Origin: Gracilinanus agilis
Lineage: Eukaryota
Reading direction: 5' to 3'
Length of the DNA: 64,000 nt
Assembly: GCF_016433145.1 (NCBI RefSeq)
Contig: NC_058133.1
Coordinates: 7,765,162-7,829,161, forward strand
Every line of letters starts with the position of its first letter. Position 1 is the stretch's first letter. Shown piece after piece: positions 53,364-63,338 of the stretch. The translations under genes and the position numbers were made by a program. The notes under the pieces are model-generated. The model was not told the origin of the DNA and searched no databases. It saw nothing but the letters and a program-made list of their open reading frames with translations.

Positions 53364-53566
53364 CTTGGGCAGTTCCTCAATTTGATTGGCATCTAGATAA
53401 AGCTCCTCGAGAGTCCGCTCAAAGTTAAAGACCTCCTTCGGCACCTGCTGAAGGCCGCAGTGGGAGTAGTCCAACACCGCCACGATCTCTTCTTCGCCTC
53501 GGAAACATCGGCACGGCACCAGGCGGCCGATAAGCTTCCGTTTGGTTGTCATCTCCAGGCACTGCA
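53364..53566 (-). CDS. LRRC7: LRRC7 coding exon A (203 nt, phase 1 to 0): N-terminal LAP region with PCRC motif and first LRR
   Basis: Acceptor ctttttctcgttctctag|TG CAG TGC CTG GAG ATG; donor CCC AAG|gtaagc; 2 nt + 67 codons. In-frame ATG (MTTKRK) at 53552-53550. Confidence 0.97.
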
Positions 53567-54173
53567 CTAGAGAACGAGAAAAAGGGTCCTTTCACTCTCT
53601 GCCCTTTGGAAAAAGACCCCATTCTGAGACTTACAACAGGGATAACCACTTTTCCTCTTGGAACAGAAATGGGACATATCCTTCCCTCGGCACAAAGGAC
53701 GTTTGTACGTTTTCGAGGCTGATTCCCCCCCCTCCTCCCCAGCTCTCCAGGACTCCAGAGTCCCCTCCTCCCGCCCCACCCCCAGCTCCAGTCCAGTGGA
53801 GGAAGAACGCCCCCTCCCCAAGCAAAACCAAAGAAACACGTCTCTGATTGCTCCACTCTTTTTGCTAATTGAGGGAATAGAGAAATTCTTCCATTTCAGT
53901 AAAAGGCTTCCCTCCTGGTCCGCTTTTGTGCCCTCCTGAGTTCTAACCTCCTGGGTCAGAGGACTGAGATGGTTCTTTTACTATCAGGAATTGCCCACAG
54001 GAATCCCGTGCATGTGGATGCAAGCACGGATCCTTGATCTCGGGGGAGGTCACGCAGGACTGCTTGGTGGTGGCGATCTCTTCTCCACAATACAGTTTTA
54101 TCTCTGGAAACAGAATTAGGATCACGACAGGAACTCGGGTGGACCATTTTTTTCTTTGCCAGCAACACATATT

Positions 54174-54175
<2 letters not shown>

Positions 54176-54210
<35 letters not shown>
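54176..54210. repeat. (TG)17 microsatellite; (CA)n on the LRRC7 sense strand
   Basis: Read directly. Confidence 0.95.
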
Positions 54211-54211
<1 letters not shown>

Positions 54212-54492
54212 TGCACATCTCTATGACTTGGGAAATTTTATATTGTTTATCTGTCTCACATCTCCATCTTTCATTGTGCCAATAATATCACACTCACTCT
54301 TCATTGACTTCCACATATCTAAAGTCTGTTTTGTGTCCAGCATAATGTCGTACTTAACAGGAATACCTCCAACATTAGCAGTTGACAAAAGGATTTGGGG
54401 AGGTTTCATCAGTAAACAGCCTTTCCTAATAGGCTCTGGACACACAATCCTGAGTTTAAGGTGGAAGTAAACCAGATAAGAATTATACACAT

Positions 54493-54674
54493 GGGCAGCT
54501 GGGTAGCTCAGTGGATGGAGAGCCAGGCCTAGAGACAGGAGGTCCTGGGTTCAAATCTGGCTTCAGACACTTCCCAGCTGTGTGACCCTGGGCAAGTCAC
54601 TTGACCCCCATGGCCCACCCTGACCACTCTTCCACCAAGGAGCCAATACACAGAAGTTAAGGGTTTTTTTAAAA
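54493..54674 (+). mobile_element. Short-tail SINE1_Mdo-like SINE
   Basis: Full length; 13-bp TSD AAGAATTATACAC (54478-54490, 54675-54687). Confidence 0.95.
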
Positions 54675-55479
54675 AAGAATTATACACGAGTGTGATTCGA
54701 CATTGTGGATGGTAGTTGGGGCTCTGAGGAAGTCGCCTCATCTCATTTTCCTTGTTGCTAAAACCAAGAAGTCGGGCTATTCAAAAAGCAACAAGCTTTA
54801 CAGAAGCTCCCAATCCTGAAAGTCTCCGATTCATAGAAAGATCTGGCGCCTGTCGTGTAGATGGGGGGGGGGGGCGGGATTGTTAACCTGGTTTATGTCA
54901 TGGAGCCCTTCGGTGCTCTGCTGCCGCCGATGGATCTCTTCTCAGAATAAAGGATTGTTCTCTGTCCTTGTAATGGCAGGAAATGGCACGTGTCGACTAG
55001 GGCTTAGGAAAAGTGAGCTGCTGTCCCCCCAAAGACAACTTGGATGCTCCATCCAACAAGTCAACAAGTCGTGCCAGGGAGGGTCCACTAGGAAGCCCGC
55101 TCTGGCCTTAGGAAGCTCTGCTCCAGAGATCTGGGGGCGAGAGGAGGTGCTGACATGAGATCTCTCACACGGGCTCTAATGCATTCTCCTGCTGGAAAGC
55201 AACATGCTTAGAGCGCTGGCCTTGGACCCTAGCCAGCCTCTGACTCAGATGGCTCTGGGACCTTCGAGAAGCCGCTTCTCGAACATCACCAGCTCCCAAC
55301 CTCAGACAACTCTCTTGGACTACAAACTTCAAGGCATCTGAACTGGTAAAGGGGGTTTCCTCACCTGAGATTCAAGATACCAATGAAACCTCAGGTCCAA
55401 ATGGAACAAAAAAGAGAAACCCACAACAAATCTGTACAATAACCCTGGAAAGCAAAGAGGGCAGATACATACCATCAGT

Positions 55480-55482
<3 letters not shown>

Positions 55483-55512
<30 letters not shown>
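55483..55512. repeat. (GT)15 microsatellite
   Basis: Read directly. Confidence 0.95.
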
Positions 55513-55516
<4 letters not shown>

Positions 55517-57127
55517 CCATAACTTCACAGGATCATAAAGTAAAGGCAATGAGCTGTAATGAATAGAGAGTTGGCTTTGAAACTCAGAAGATGGGCTCAA
55601 GAGTCACCTCTGACAAGTATTGACTTGGTCACCCTGAGCAAGTCACTTCACTTTCCAGTATCTAGACGACGCTCTTTAATAGGAGGTTTCAGAAGTGTTT
55701 GCCTTTGATGGTAGAGGGAGTTGTCCTCATCCGGGGGTTCCCTATCCCTATTCTATTGTGGGACCTCAGAGCCCAACCACTCCAACCTTCTCATTTTACC
55801 GAAGGAGAAGGTTTGGTCTAGGGATGCTTGCCCAAAGCCATGCAGAGAGGAAGCTCCAGAGGCAGGATTCTGAGCCCAGGTGGGTCCTCTGGCTCCCGAC
55901 CAAGGGCTCATTCTCTTGAACCATGTGATTTCTTCCCTATGGGAACCTCTCCACCAAGGCAGATGCTCACTGATCGTTACCACAGAGTCTTAAAGAACTC
56001 TCTGGATCACTGAGAGGCTAAAAGACTTTGCCATTAGATGGCAGAGGCAGGACTTGGACTCGGGTCCTTCGACTGCAAAGCGAGTGCTCAACAATACCCA
56101 CTTTGCTCAGCTGTCTGGCTCCTCCACTTTATAGGTAAGTAGCTTGAGATACAAAGAATGTACCTGACCTGCTCATGATTGCAGGAAGAGTTAGGAGCAG
56201 CCCTGGGGTTCTAGATCTTCTGGGGTTCTAGATCTCCTCCTTTCCAGCTCTTGGATGTTCCAGTACATGACAATGTGTTGCCTGGATGACCAAAGGCTTT
56301 GACATTTCCATTGCCTGCTAGCCTCCCAGAATGGGAGTTTCCCTAGAGCCCGAGGGCACGGGGAGAATGGCAGAATCAGCTGGCGGGGGCAGCCCTTACT
56401 TCTCTTCCTAAAAACCAAAGAAAGCTCAATGCCAAGATAAAATTCTCTGGCCTGGATGGAGCTGCTGGTAAAAGGGGGCAGGCAGAGTCCGGCTCCCATC
56501 CTGGGTCACCCTAAAGCCTGGAGATGCCTCTACAAGGTAGCCTCTGTGGCGATCGCCAGCCGCTCTCTAAGGCAGTAAGACAGACGTGCGAGGGAGAGAA
56601 AAGTCTCAAATCTGAACCTTTTCCACAGTGACAGAATCCTAGGTCTGGCCTTGACACTGTGGATGATGACAGCAACAGTAATGAATATCCTGATCGAGTC
56701 CCCCTACGAGTGCCAGCCTTGGAGATGTGCCTAGATCCGTGGCGCCAAACACAAACAGAAACAGGGACCACTAAAGGGCATGGAGCGATCCCTGCAGGCT
56801 GTTGATTGAATTAGAAAACCACATATTAATAGTGTCTGCCTGTGCCTGCCTATATTTTTATTTTATTAAATATTCTCCATTTACATTTTCATCTGGCACT
56901 TAAGTAATTGATATTTTATTTCAGTTTGGTGGGTTCCATGCAGCCCACAACCATGTGTTTGGTAGCTCTAGTCGAGAGCAGCACCAGAAGGTCAAGAGAC
57001 TTGCCCAGAATCACACACCCAATATGCAGGACTTGAACTTGGGTCTTCTTGACTCTGAGGCACACCTCCATATGTCCCTTGGGGGGAGATGCTTTAGAAA
57101 TATTTTCATAAAAATGGGAAGGTAAAT

Positions 57128-57311
57128 GGGGACAGCTGGGTAGCTCAGAGGATGGAGAGTCAGGCCTAGAGACGGGAGGTCCTGGGTTCAAATCTGGCCT
57201 CAGACACTTCCCAGCTGTGTGACCCTAGGCAAGTCACTTGACCCCCATGGCCCACCCTTATCACTCTTCTGTCTTGGAGCCAATACACAGAAGTTAAGGG
57301 TTTTTAAAAAA
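57128..57311 (+). mobile_element. Short-tail SINE1_Mdo-like SINE
   Basis: Full length; TSD core GGGAAGGTAAA (57116-57126, 57313-57323). Confidence 0.93.
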
Positions 57312-58419
57312 GGGGAAGGTAAAGAGGACAACTTCATCGATAAGGTTTTTAGGTCTCAGCCTCTCATCCCTACTAACAGTTTGAAAACATTAACTCAGAA
57401 GAGCTAAAACATCTTTTTCATCAAATTGGAAGACTGGTGCAAGAGAAAGAATCAGAAGACGTGGTTTTGCTACTTGCTACCTGTATGACCTTGGACAAGT
57501 CAATGGATGCCTCCAATCTTCAGGGATCTCATCTGTGAAATGAGGGAGCGATGAAATTGGGCTCGTCGGCTAGTGCCGAATCTCTCCTCCTTCGTGGGTG
57601 GCTCTTCTTCAGAAGCCCGAACTCCTTCCAGGATTCGATAGAGCCTTGCCTCGGAGGGCTTCAAGGCACAAGAGAAGAGCCATCTATTCAAGCTGGCATT
57701 TGCAACATGGAGCAAGCTGCTATGATGGAATTTCAAGCTGCTTTATGCTGATATTTCTATCATAACTCTGGATAATTCCTGCTTTTTTTCTATTTTTATT
57801 GATATTTTAATCAATGTGAATGAACCATGTTTGTATTTGGACCCTCGGGCTACTTAGAACAAATGGTGCAACTGTGTAAATCAACTCAATAAATGGGATC
57901 CCACAAGAGAAACTCTTCCCATTGGCTCCCTCCATCCCTCCCTCCTTGCCTCAACCAGGGATGCTCTAGGTCTAAGAGAGGCGGCCGGCCGGCCTGGGAG
58001 CAGGCAGACTCGAAGAGGTTCATGACGCACATAACGGCCCTCTTTCCCATCCCCGAAGGGGAGAAGAAGAGAAAATCCACTTGAATGGAAAGAAAAATGA
58101 GATCTAGGAATTCTGCAGAAAACTGTCACTTAGAGGCAGGAGAGTTTGCTCGGAAATCTGCCATCTTCAGCATCTTCTGGGGAGAGAAGCCGCTGCCGCT
58201 GCCTGTGTTCTCTGGAGATAAACAACTTCCCTAAACTGGGCATCAGAGGCCCATCCATTAAATAACTGGGGATACGCAGCGTGGATGACCGTGTTCCTAG
58301 GTGGTGCCATGGATCGAACTCGGGGCTTGGAACAAGGAAGATGAGGCCAACATCTGCCTTATTTACTCACTAGCAGTGTGACTGGGTAGGTACTTCATAG
58401 TCTCTTCTTTCTAGGTCTT

Positions 58420-59035
58420 TCTTGCTTTCTCCTGATCCTCCTCCTTTCTCTGTGACCCCCCAGGCTCCTTTGCTGGATTTTCATCCTGCTGTGCCCACTC
58501 ACTATGGGCGTCCCATACGGCTCTGTCCTAGGCCACTTTCTTCTCCTTCTAGACTACATTTGGTGACTCCTCAGCACTCCAGGATCCAGTTACCCTCTCG
58601 AGGCTGAGATTCTTAGATCCGCTCTTGTAGCCCCAACTTTCAGGCTGACCCCCAACCTTCCATCTCCAACTTGCCTGTTGGCCAGGTTGAACTGGTCTCC
58701 CTTGAGGCGTCTTAAATTGGACTTTGCCCCCCGACCCTTCCCTCTTCCTAACTTCCCTTTTACTGTCCAGGATATCACTGTCCTGTTGGCCAACCAAGTG
58801 GGTCCCGTCACGATTCCCTCGACTCTCTCTCAGCTCTCGGAGTGCCTGTTGATTCTTCCTCTCGTCTTTCCAACAGGCGTCCTTCCCTCCTCTGACACTG
58901 CCACCATCACCTTGCCTCCTTGCCGCACAGCGGGACTATGGCAGTGCCTTCGGGGGGACCCCAGGGCATCCTCCACTCTGCTGCCAAGGAGACCTTCTTA
59001 AAGCTCAGGTCCAACCTTTCCAGCCCTCCTGGTCA
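58420..59035 (+). mobile_element. L2 ORF2 C-terminal fragment
   Basis: ORF 58678-59001 contains LNWSPLRRLKLDFAPRPFPLPNFPFTVQDITVL, L2-like (LKLNMSK...PSPLPNFPITVEGTTIL). Confidence 0.7.
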
Positions 59036-60271
59036 ATGGAGAGGGTTTCAAAGGTTGGGAAGCCCTTTACACACATGATCCCATTTGGCGTCCCAGCCAC
59101 CATGAGGAAGAGGCGCCATTATTGCCCCCTTTTTACAGAAGTAAAAACTGAGGCAGACAAAGGTAAAATGATTTGTCAGGGTTCAAGTAGCTAGAAGGTA
59201 TCTGAGGCTAGATTGGCACTCAGTTCTTCCTCCCTCCAGGGCCAGGGCACGCAGACCCTGTGCTACCCCAGGTGGTTTCCTCTGATCTCTAGGATCAAAT
59301 ATACAATCTCTGCTTGGCTTTTGAAGTCCTTTATAGCCCAGCCTCTGCCCTCTCGCCCATGTCCTTCTACCTTTCTTAGTCCTTCTCCCACCTCACCTCC
59401 CATTTGCCAATAGCCTGTGCTCTGCAGCCTGGCCTCCTTCCATAAGATGCCGCATCTCTCCGCTCCTGGCGTTCTCGGCGCTGCCCCCCATTCCTGGGAT
59501 CCTCCCCTTCCTCATCGTTGCCTCCTGGCCTCCTTCGGCTTCCAGCTAAAAATCCTACAATGTGCAAGAGACCCCCATCACGCCCTGAACGCCAGCCCTT
59601 TCCTCTGACTGTTATTTCAATTCGATTCTGCCTGCTCGCACAGCAGCGTTTGCACGTGGTGGCCCCCATTCGACGAGGGGTTCTTGGGGAGCCTCTCTTA
59701 CAACCTTAGCACTTGGCACAGTGCCCAGTCATGGGGGCGTCTGACTGGAGCAGAACCCAGGGAAAGGCAGGAGGCATGGGGGAGCGGGCACGGCAGACCA
59801 GTGTCGCCACCCCGGCCATCCCGAGACATCGTGAAACCTCAGCAGAGTCGTCCACGGGCTCGAACCCGAGAACCGCCAGTAATTCTGCCTCCTGCCCGTT
59901 GCCTTCAGCCACCATGTGGGGAAACCATCCTTGTGGCTATTGAAGGGGCTTCACCAATAGCTACGGAAGACCCAGATCTTTGTACGGAACGTTTTCATCT
60001 CCTTTTCAGTGCAGCGGGTCGATGGCGGCTCGTTGCCCCTCTGTGCCCCCGGCTTCCATGGAACAATTTCCAAAGAATATTATAAAAGTACAAACAAGCA
60101 GGGAAAATGGTTCTCCCTAATGCCGAGCTCCTACTGTCTGTCATTAATGATCCCTGTCTAGTCGACGTGGACTCTGGAATCGGGCCTGATTCTGGCAATT
60201 TGTACTAAGCCCGAGATCAGGGATGTTTCACTCTCTCGGGGATGTAGGACGCCATAGAAGAAATGAGTCTC

Positions 60272-60470
60272 TCTTTTTAATGCCCCGACCTTCCATCTTA
60301 GAATCAATGCTGGTGTTGGTTCCAAGGCAGAAGAGAGGTAAGGGTCAGGCAATGGGAGTTAAGTGACTTTTCTAGGATCACACAGCAGGGAAGTGTCTGA
60401 GGCTAGATTTGAACCCAGGATCTCCCCTCTCTAGAACTGGCTTTCCATCCTCTGAGCCACCCAGCTGCTC
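60272..60470 (-). mobile_element. Long-tail SINE1_Mdo-like SINE
   Basis: ttccatcttagaatcaatgct...ttccaaggcagaagag tail, atttgaacccagga B-box, gagccacccagctgctcc head. Confidence 0.85.
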
Positions 60471-62021
60471 CTGAAATGAATCTTTTTGAGATACACTCAC
60501 AAAACATCCACCTTTAGAATCTAGTCTGCACTTTATCAGTCCTGGCAGTTGGAGGATTATTCGGGTATGACATGCTCTCGGAGCAAGGCTGGTTTCCTTT
60601 CCCCCACTTCTGGGTGATCTGGGCAAGCTGTGAGGGTGCAGAAAGGGAGGGGACCGGAAGGCAAGGGAAGAACCCCTCGGCAGCTACTGGTTCAGGGGCT
60701 GGGATAAGGGCTGTCAGGAACTGCCTGGGTGCTCTGGGCCAGAACAACTATGGACGGGAAAAAGGGAGGCATCCTTCCTTTGCTCTAGACTCAGTTTTCA
60801 TGGGAAAAAATCCCCAGTTTTAAATGGTGAAAGCGTGCAATGCATGCGTGCATGGTGATCGCCACGCTCGTGCCCCAGTCATCCAACATGGTATCTCGAG
60901 GAAATGCCGTATCTAAAATGACATCCTAAGAAATGAGTATTGTGAGTAAGTGGATTTCCTACTCGATCAAGGGGGCTTTATTGGGCAGGGGGGACCCAGC
61001 ATTGGAGAGAGATTGTCTCTGACCTCAGGGAGCCTGCAGGGCATCTGAACACGGTCACCTCTGAAGAGGCCACCTTCTAATGTGCCGAGTCTCTGGACTG
61101 GTGAGTTGATTAAATAACTGTGATTTTCCAGGTGCTGTGTGGCTTTGGGCAAGTCAATTCACTTATGGGCCTCAGTTTGCTCAATGGCAAAGGTCCAAGA
61201 TAGGGTTAAAAGCAGCTCTAATTTCCTCTTGGCTCTAGAACTGAACTCCGATGGACCCATGATCCTGAGGTGGCCAACTGAGGGGAAATCTTGAGATCGG
61301 CATGGTGGGTATAACATAGAATGACCTGGTGTAGACACAGTGATGGTGGTGATGGGAGAGGGAAGGATGTACCAAAGGGGAAGAAGAGGGCCCATGTGTG
61401 CACCAAATAAAAAAGTAATAGGAGGCACGATCCAAGGAAAGGATTTTCTACTTGCTACCCAACCTACTCAACAGGGGAAGCTGGGATGTCAGCACATGAA
61501 AAACCGAGCTCCGAGAAGAGCCCGCCACCGAGCCACCAAACAATAACTAAAGCTCCTGACGGTGTCCTCCTCTCTGTTCTTTCATTAGAGAAAGAGAAAG
61601 ATTCCCGAGACATCTCGTCCTCCCCATGGAGCCCCCATTCATTCGGTCCTTCCTCTGCTCTTCGGTCCAAGGTAGAAAGAACGCTTTTCCTGTCCCTTCT
61701 CCCTCCAAAGATGTCCTCCTCATGAAGACACCAACTTTGAGACATCTTCGGACTTCTCAAGAATACCTCGGGGTCCCTCATGTGCAAAATGGAGCTGTTG
61801 GACTAGACCGCCTTGACCTTCCCTCCAACCTCCTCAGCTTCGTGGGGGCTCCATGAAGGGAAGGTGAGGCTTCTAGACCAAGATTCTTGGCTGCGGAGGG
61901 TCTCTGCAGAGGCTCCTCACTTCACTTCTACTTGGAGCTGAGGCCAATTCTCCCTTTGGATCTTTTTAAGGCTCAGCTCAGGGCGTAAGTTGTCTCCTAG
62001 GCAAGATTTTTCCAGATCCAT

Positions 62022-62057
62022 CCAGTGGCCTGCTGGTAAATGTTTAACAACCAGCTT
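62022..62057. mobile_element. MER63-like (hAT-Tip100) terminal fragment
   Basis: ccagtggcctgctggtaaatgtttaacaaccagct closely matches the MER63 terminus as I recall it (CCAGTGGTGTGCTGGTAAATGTTTAACAACCGGCT); the other end was not found. Confidence 0.55.
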
Positions 62058-62525
62058 TCCTAAAGCTGCCAACTGTGAGATTAAAAATTAATATCCAAAT
62101 TCGCCAAGTATTATGTTTAATAAATGTATTAATAATTTGAGGCAAGAAAGGCAAGTAAAAAGGCAGCTAAGCCAGCCACGCACATGGGAAAAAAGAGGGA
62201 GAAGCGGAGCTACACACAACTATATATAAACAACATAAGCATGCAACTTGGGGATGAAAAGGAAAGGAATTCTGGGAGATAAAGTCTCAGGGTTCAAGAT
62301 TTTCTAATTACACATAACACACTTGAAAATCTGATCTGCATTNNNNNNNNNNNNNNNNNNNNNNNNNNNNNNNNNNNNNNNNNNNNNNNNNNNNNNNNNN
62401 NNNNNNNNNNNNNNNNNNNNNNNNNNNNNNNNNNNNNNNNNNNNNNNNNNNNNNNNNNNNNNNNNNNNNNNNNNNNNNNNNNNNNNNNNNNNNNNNNNNN
62501 NNNNNNNNNNNNNNNNNNNNNNNNN

Positions 62526-62677
62526 TTCCAAGGCAGGAGAGCGGTAAGGGCCAGGCAATGGGGGTTAAGTGATTTGCCCAGGGTCACACGGCTGGGAAGT
62601 GTCCGAGTTGAGATTTGAACCCAAGGTTTCCCATCTCAAGGCCTGGTTTTCCATCTACTAAGCTACCCAGCTGCCCC
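62526..62677 (-). mobile_element. SINE1_Mdo-like SINE with tail lost in the adjacent gap
   Basis: ttccaaggcaggagagcggtaagggccaggcaatgggggttaagtga...gctacccagctgcccc. Confidence 0.85.
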
Positions 62678-62984
62678 AGACCTTTGATATAAAGCCCTGA
62701 TTTATAGCATATGACAAATTGCAAAGAATGTAATGACTGGCGTTCATGAACTAGTTCAAGGTGGTTCCAATTCTTAGTGCCATTTAACTCCAGAAAACGA
62801 CTTGCATCCACTCATCTGTGCACACACTGTGCTCTCCAGTAGAGAATGAGCTCCTTGGGAGCAAAGAATTTAATTTTTGTCTTAGTGTCACTCGGTGTCA
62901 AGCCCAGTAAGGTGGCAGACAGTGAAATTAATAAATGTCTGTTGAATCCCATTTCATAAAAACATCTTTGACAAATATCAGATA

Positions 62985-63338
62985 GAGGCAGCTAGGTGGT
63001 GCGGTGGATAGAGCAGCAGACTTAGAGCCAGGAAGACTCATCTGAGTTCAAATCTAGCCTCAAGCATCACTAGCAGTGTGACCCTGGGCAAGTCACCTAA
63101 CCCTGTTTGCCTCAGTTTCCTCATCTGTAAAATTACCTGGAGAAGGAAATGGCAAGTCACTTCAGTGTCTTAGCTATGTGACCTTGGGACAAATCAATTC
63201 ACCCTGTTTGCCTCAGTTTCCTCATCTGTAAAATGAGCTGTAGAAGGAATGAAAAACTACTTCAATATCTCTGCCAAGAAATCCCCCAATGGGGTCACAG
63301 ATATTGAACTTGACTGAAAACAACTGAATAACAACAAA
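62985..63338 (+). mobile_element. MAR1-type SINE with duplicated core
   Basis: gaggcagctaggtggtgcggtggatagagc head; core accctgtttgcctcagtttcctcatctgtaaaat present twice; tail ccccaatggggtcacag...aacaactgaataacaacaa. Confidence 0.8.

Larger units (their letters stand above)
1273..53566 (-). other. LRRC7: LRRC7 (densin-180) gene segment: five coding exons and four introns (17566, 9517, 19311 and 5353 nt including N gaps); incomplete at both ends
   Basis: Splicing the five exons gives one open frame: (x)[181 protein letters not shown](K). This matches the LAP-family protein LRRC7 as I recall it, and differs from ERBIN at diagnostic sites (QCLEM prefix, [30 protein letters not shown]). Confidence 0.97.
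1980..61200. mobile_element. Numerous dispersed MIR/MIR-like CORE-SINE fragments, pooled (e.g. about 1980-2100, 2765-2880, 4935-5150, 6170-6370, 19280-19400, 29740-29960, 41260-41430, 45630-45820, 46640-46830, 59120-59230)
   Basis: Recurrent CORE motifs cctcagtttcctcatctgtaaaatgg / ccattttacagatgaggaaactgagg with degenerate B-boxes; individual boundaries approximate. Confidence 0.8.
13797..62525. other. Six assembly gaps: 13797-13945, 17991-18147, 28569-29058, 30081-30282, 42943-43227, 62343-62525
   Basis: Runs of N of unequal length, several abutting simple repeats or a SINE. Confidence 0.99.

Noticed and set aside
53364-53566. Assignment to ERBIN, SCRIB or LRRC1
   Set aside because: Diagnostic residues across all five exons fit LRRC7, not the paralogues.
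1269-53567. Treating ORFs 1269-1691, 35516-35842 and 53331-53567 as whole coding units
   Set aside because: Only the parts between the splice sites match LRRC7; the rest is intron read-through.
2827-54741. Recurrent peptide VYWLLGGRVVRVGNGGQVTCPGSHSWEVSEA in many ORFs, which could look like a gene family
   Set aside because: It is the antisense translation of the SINE1_Mdo-like element.
45026-55520. ORFs with HTHTHT or CVCVCV tracts
   Set aside because: They are (TG)n microsatellite translations. Only the 53948-54218 frame is kept as a lead, because of its phase and GT.
56204-56235. 15-nt direct repeat TGGGGTTCTAGATCT twice, and similar short duplications at about 46820 and 63465
   Set aside because: Consistent with ordinary replication slippage; no further structure.
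13741-62587. Long ORFs containing X runs (e.g. 28517-29282, 42714-43631, 30054-30361, 62294-62587)
   Set aside because: They stay open only because they cross N gaps; the flanks are simple repeats or SINEs.
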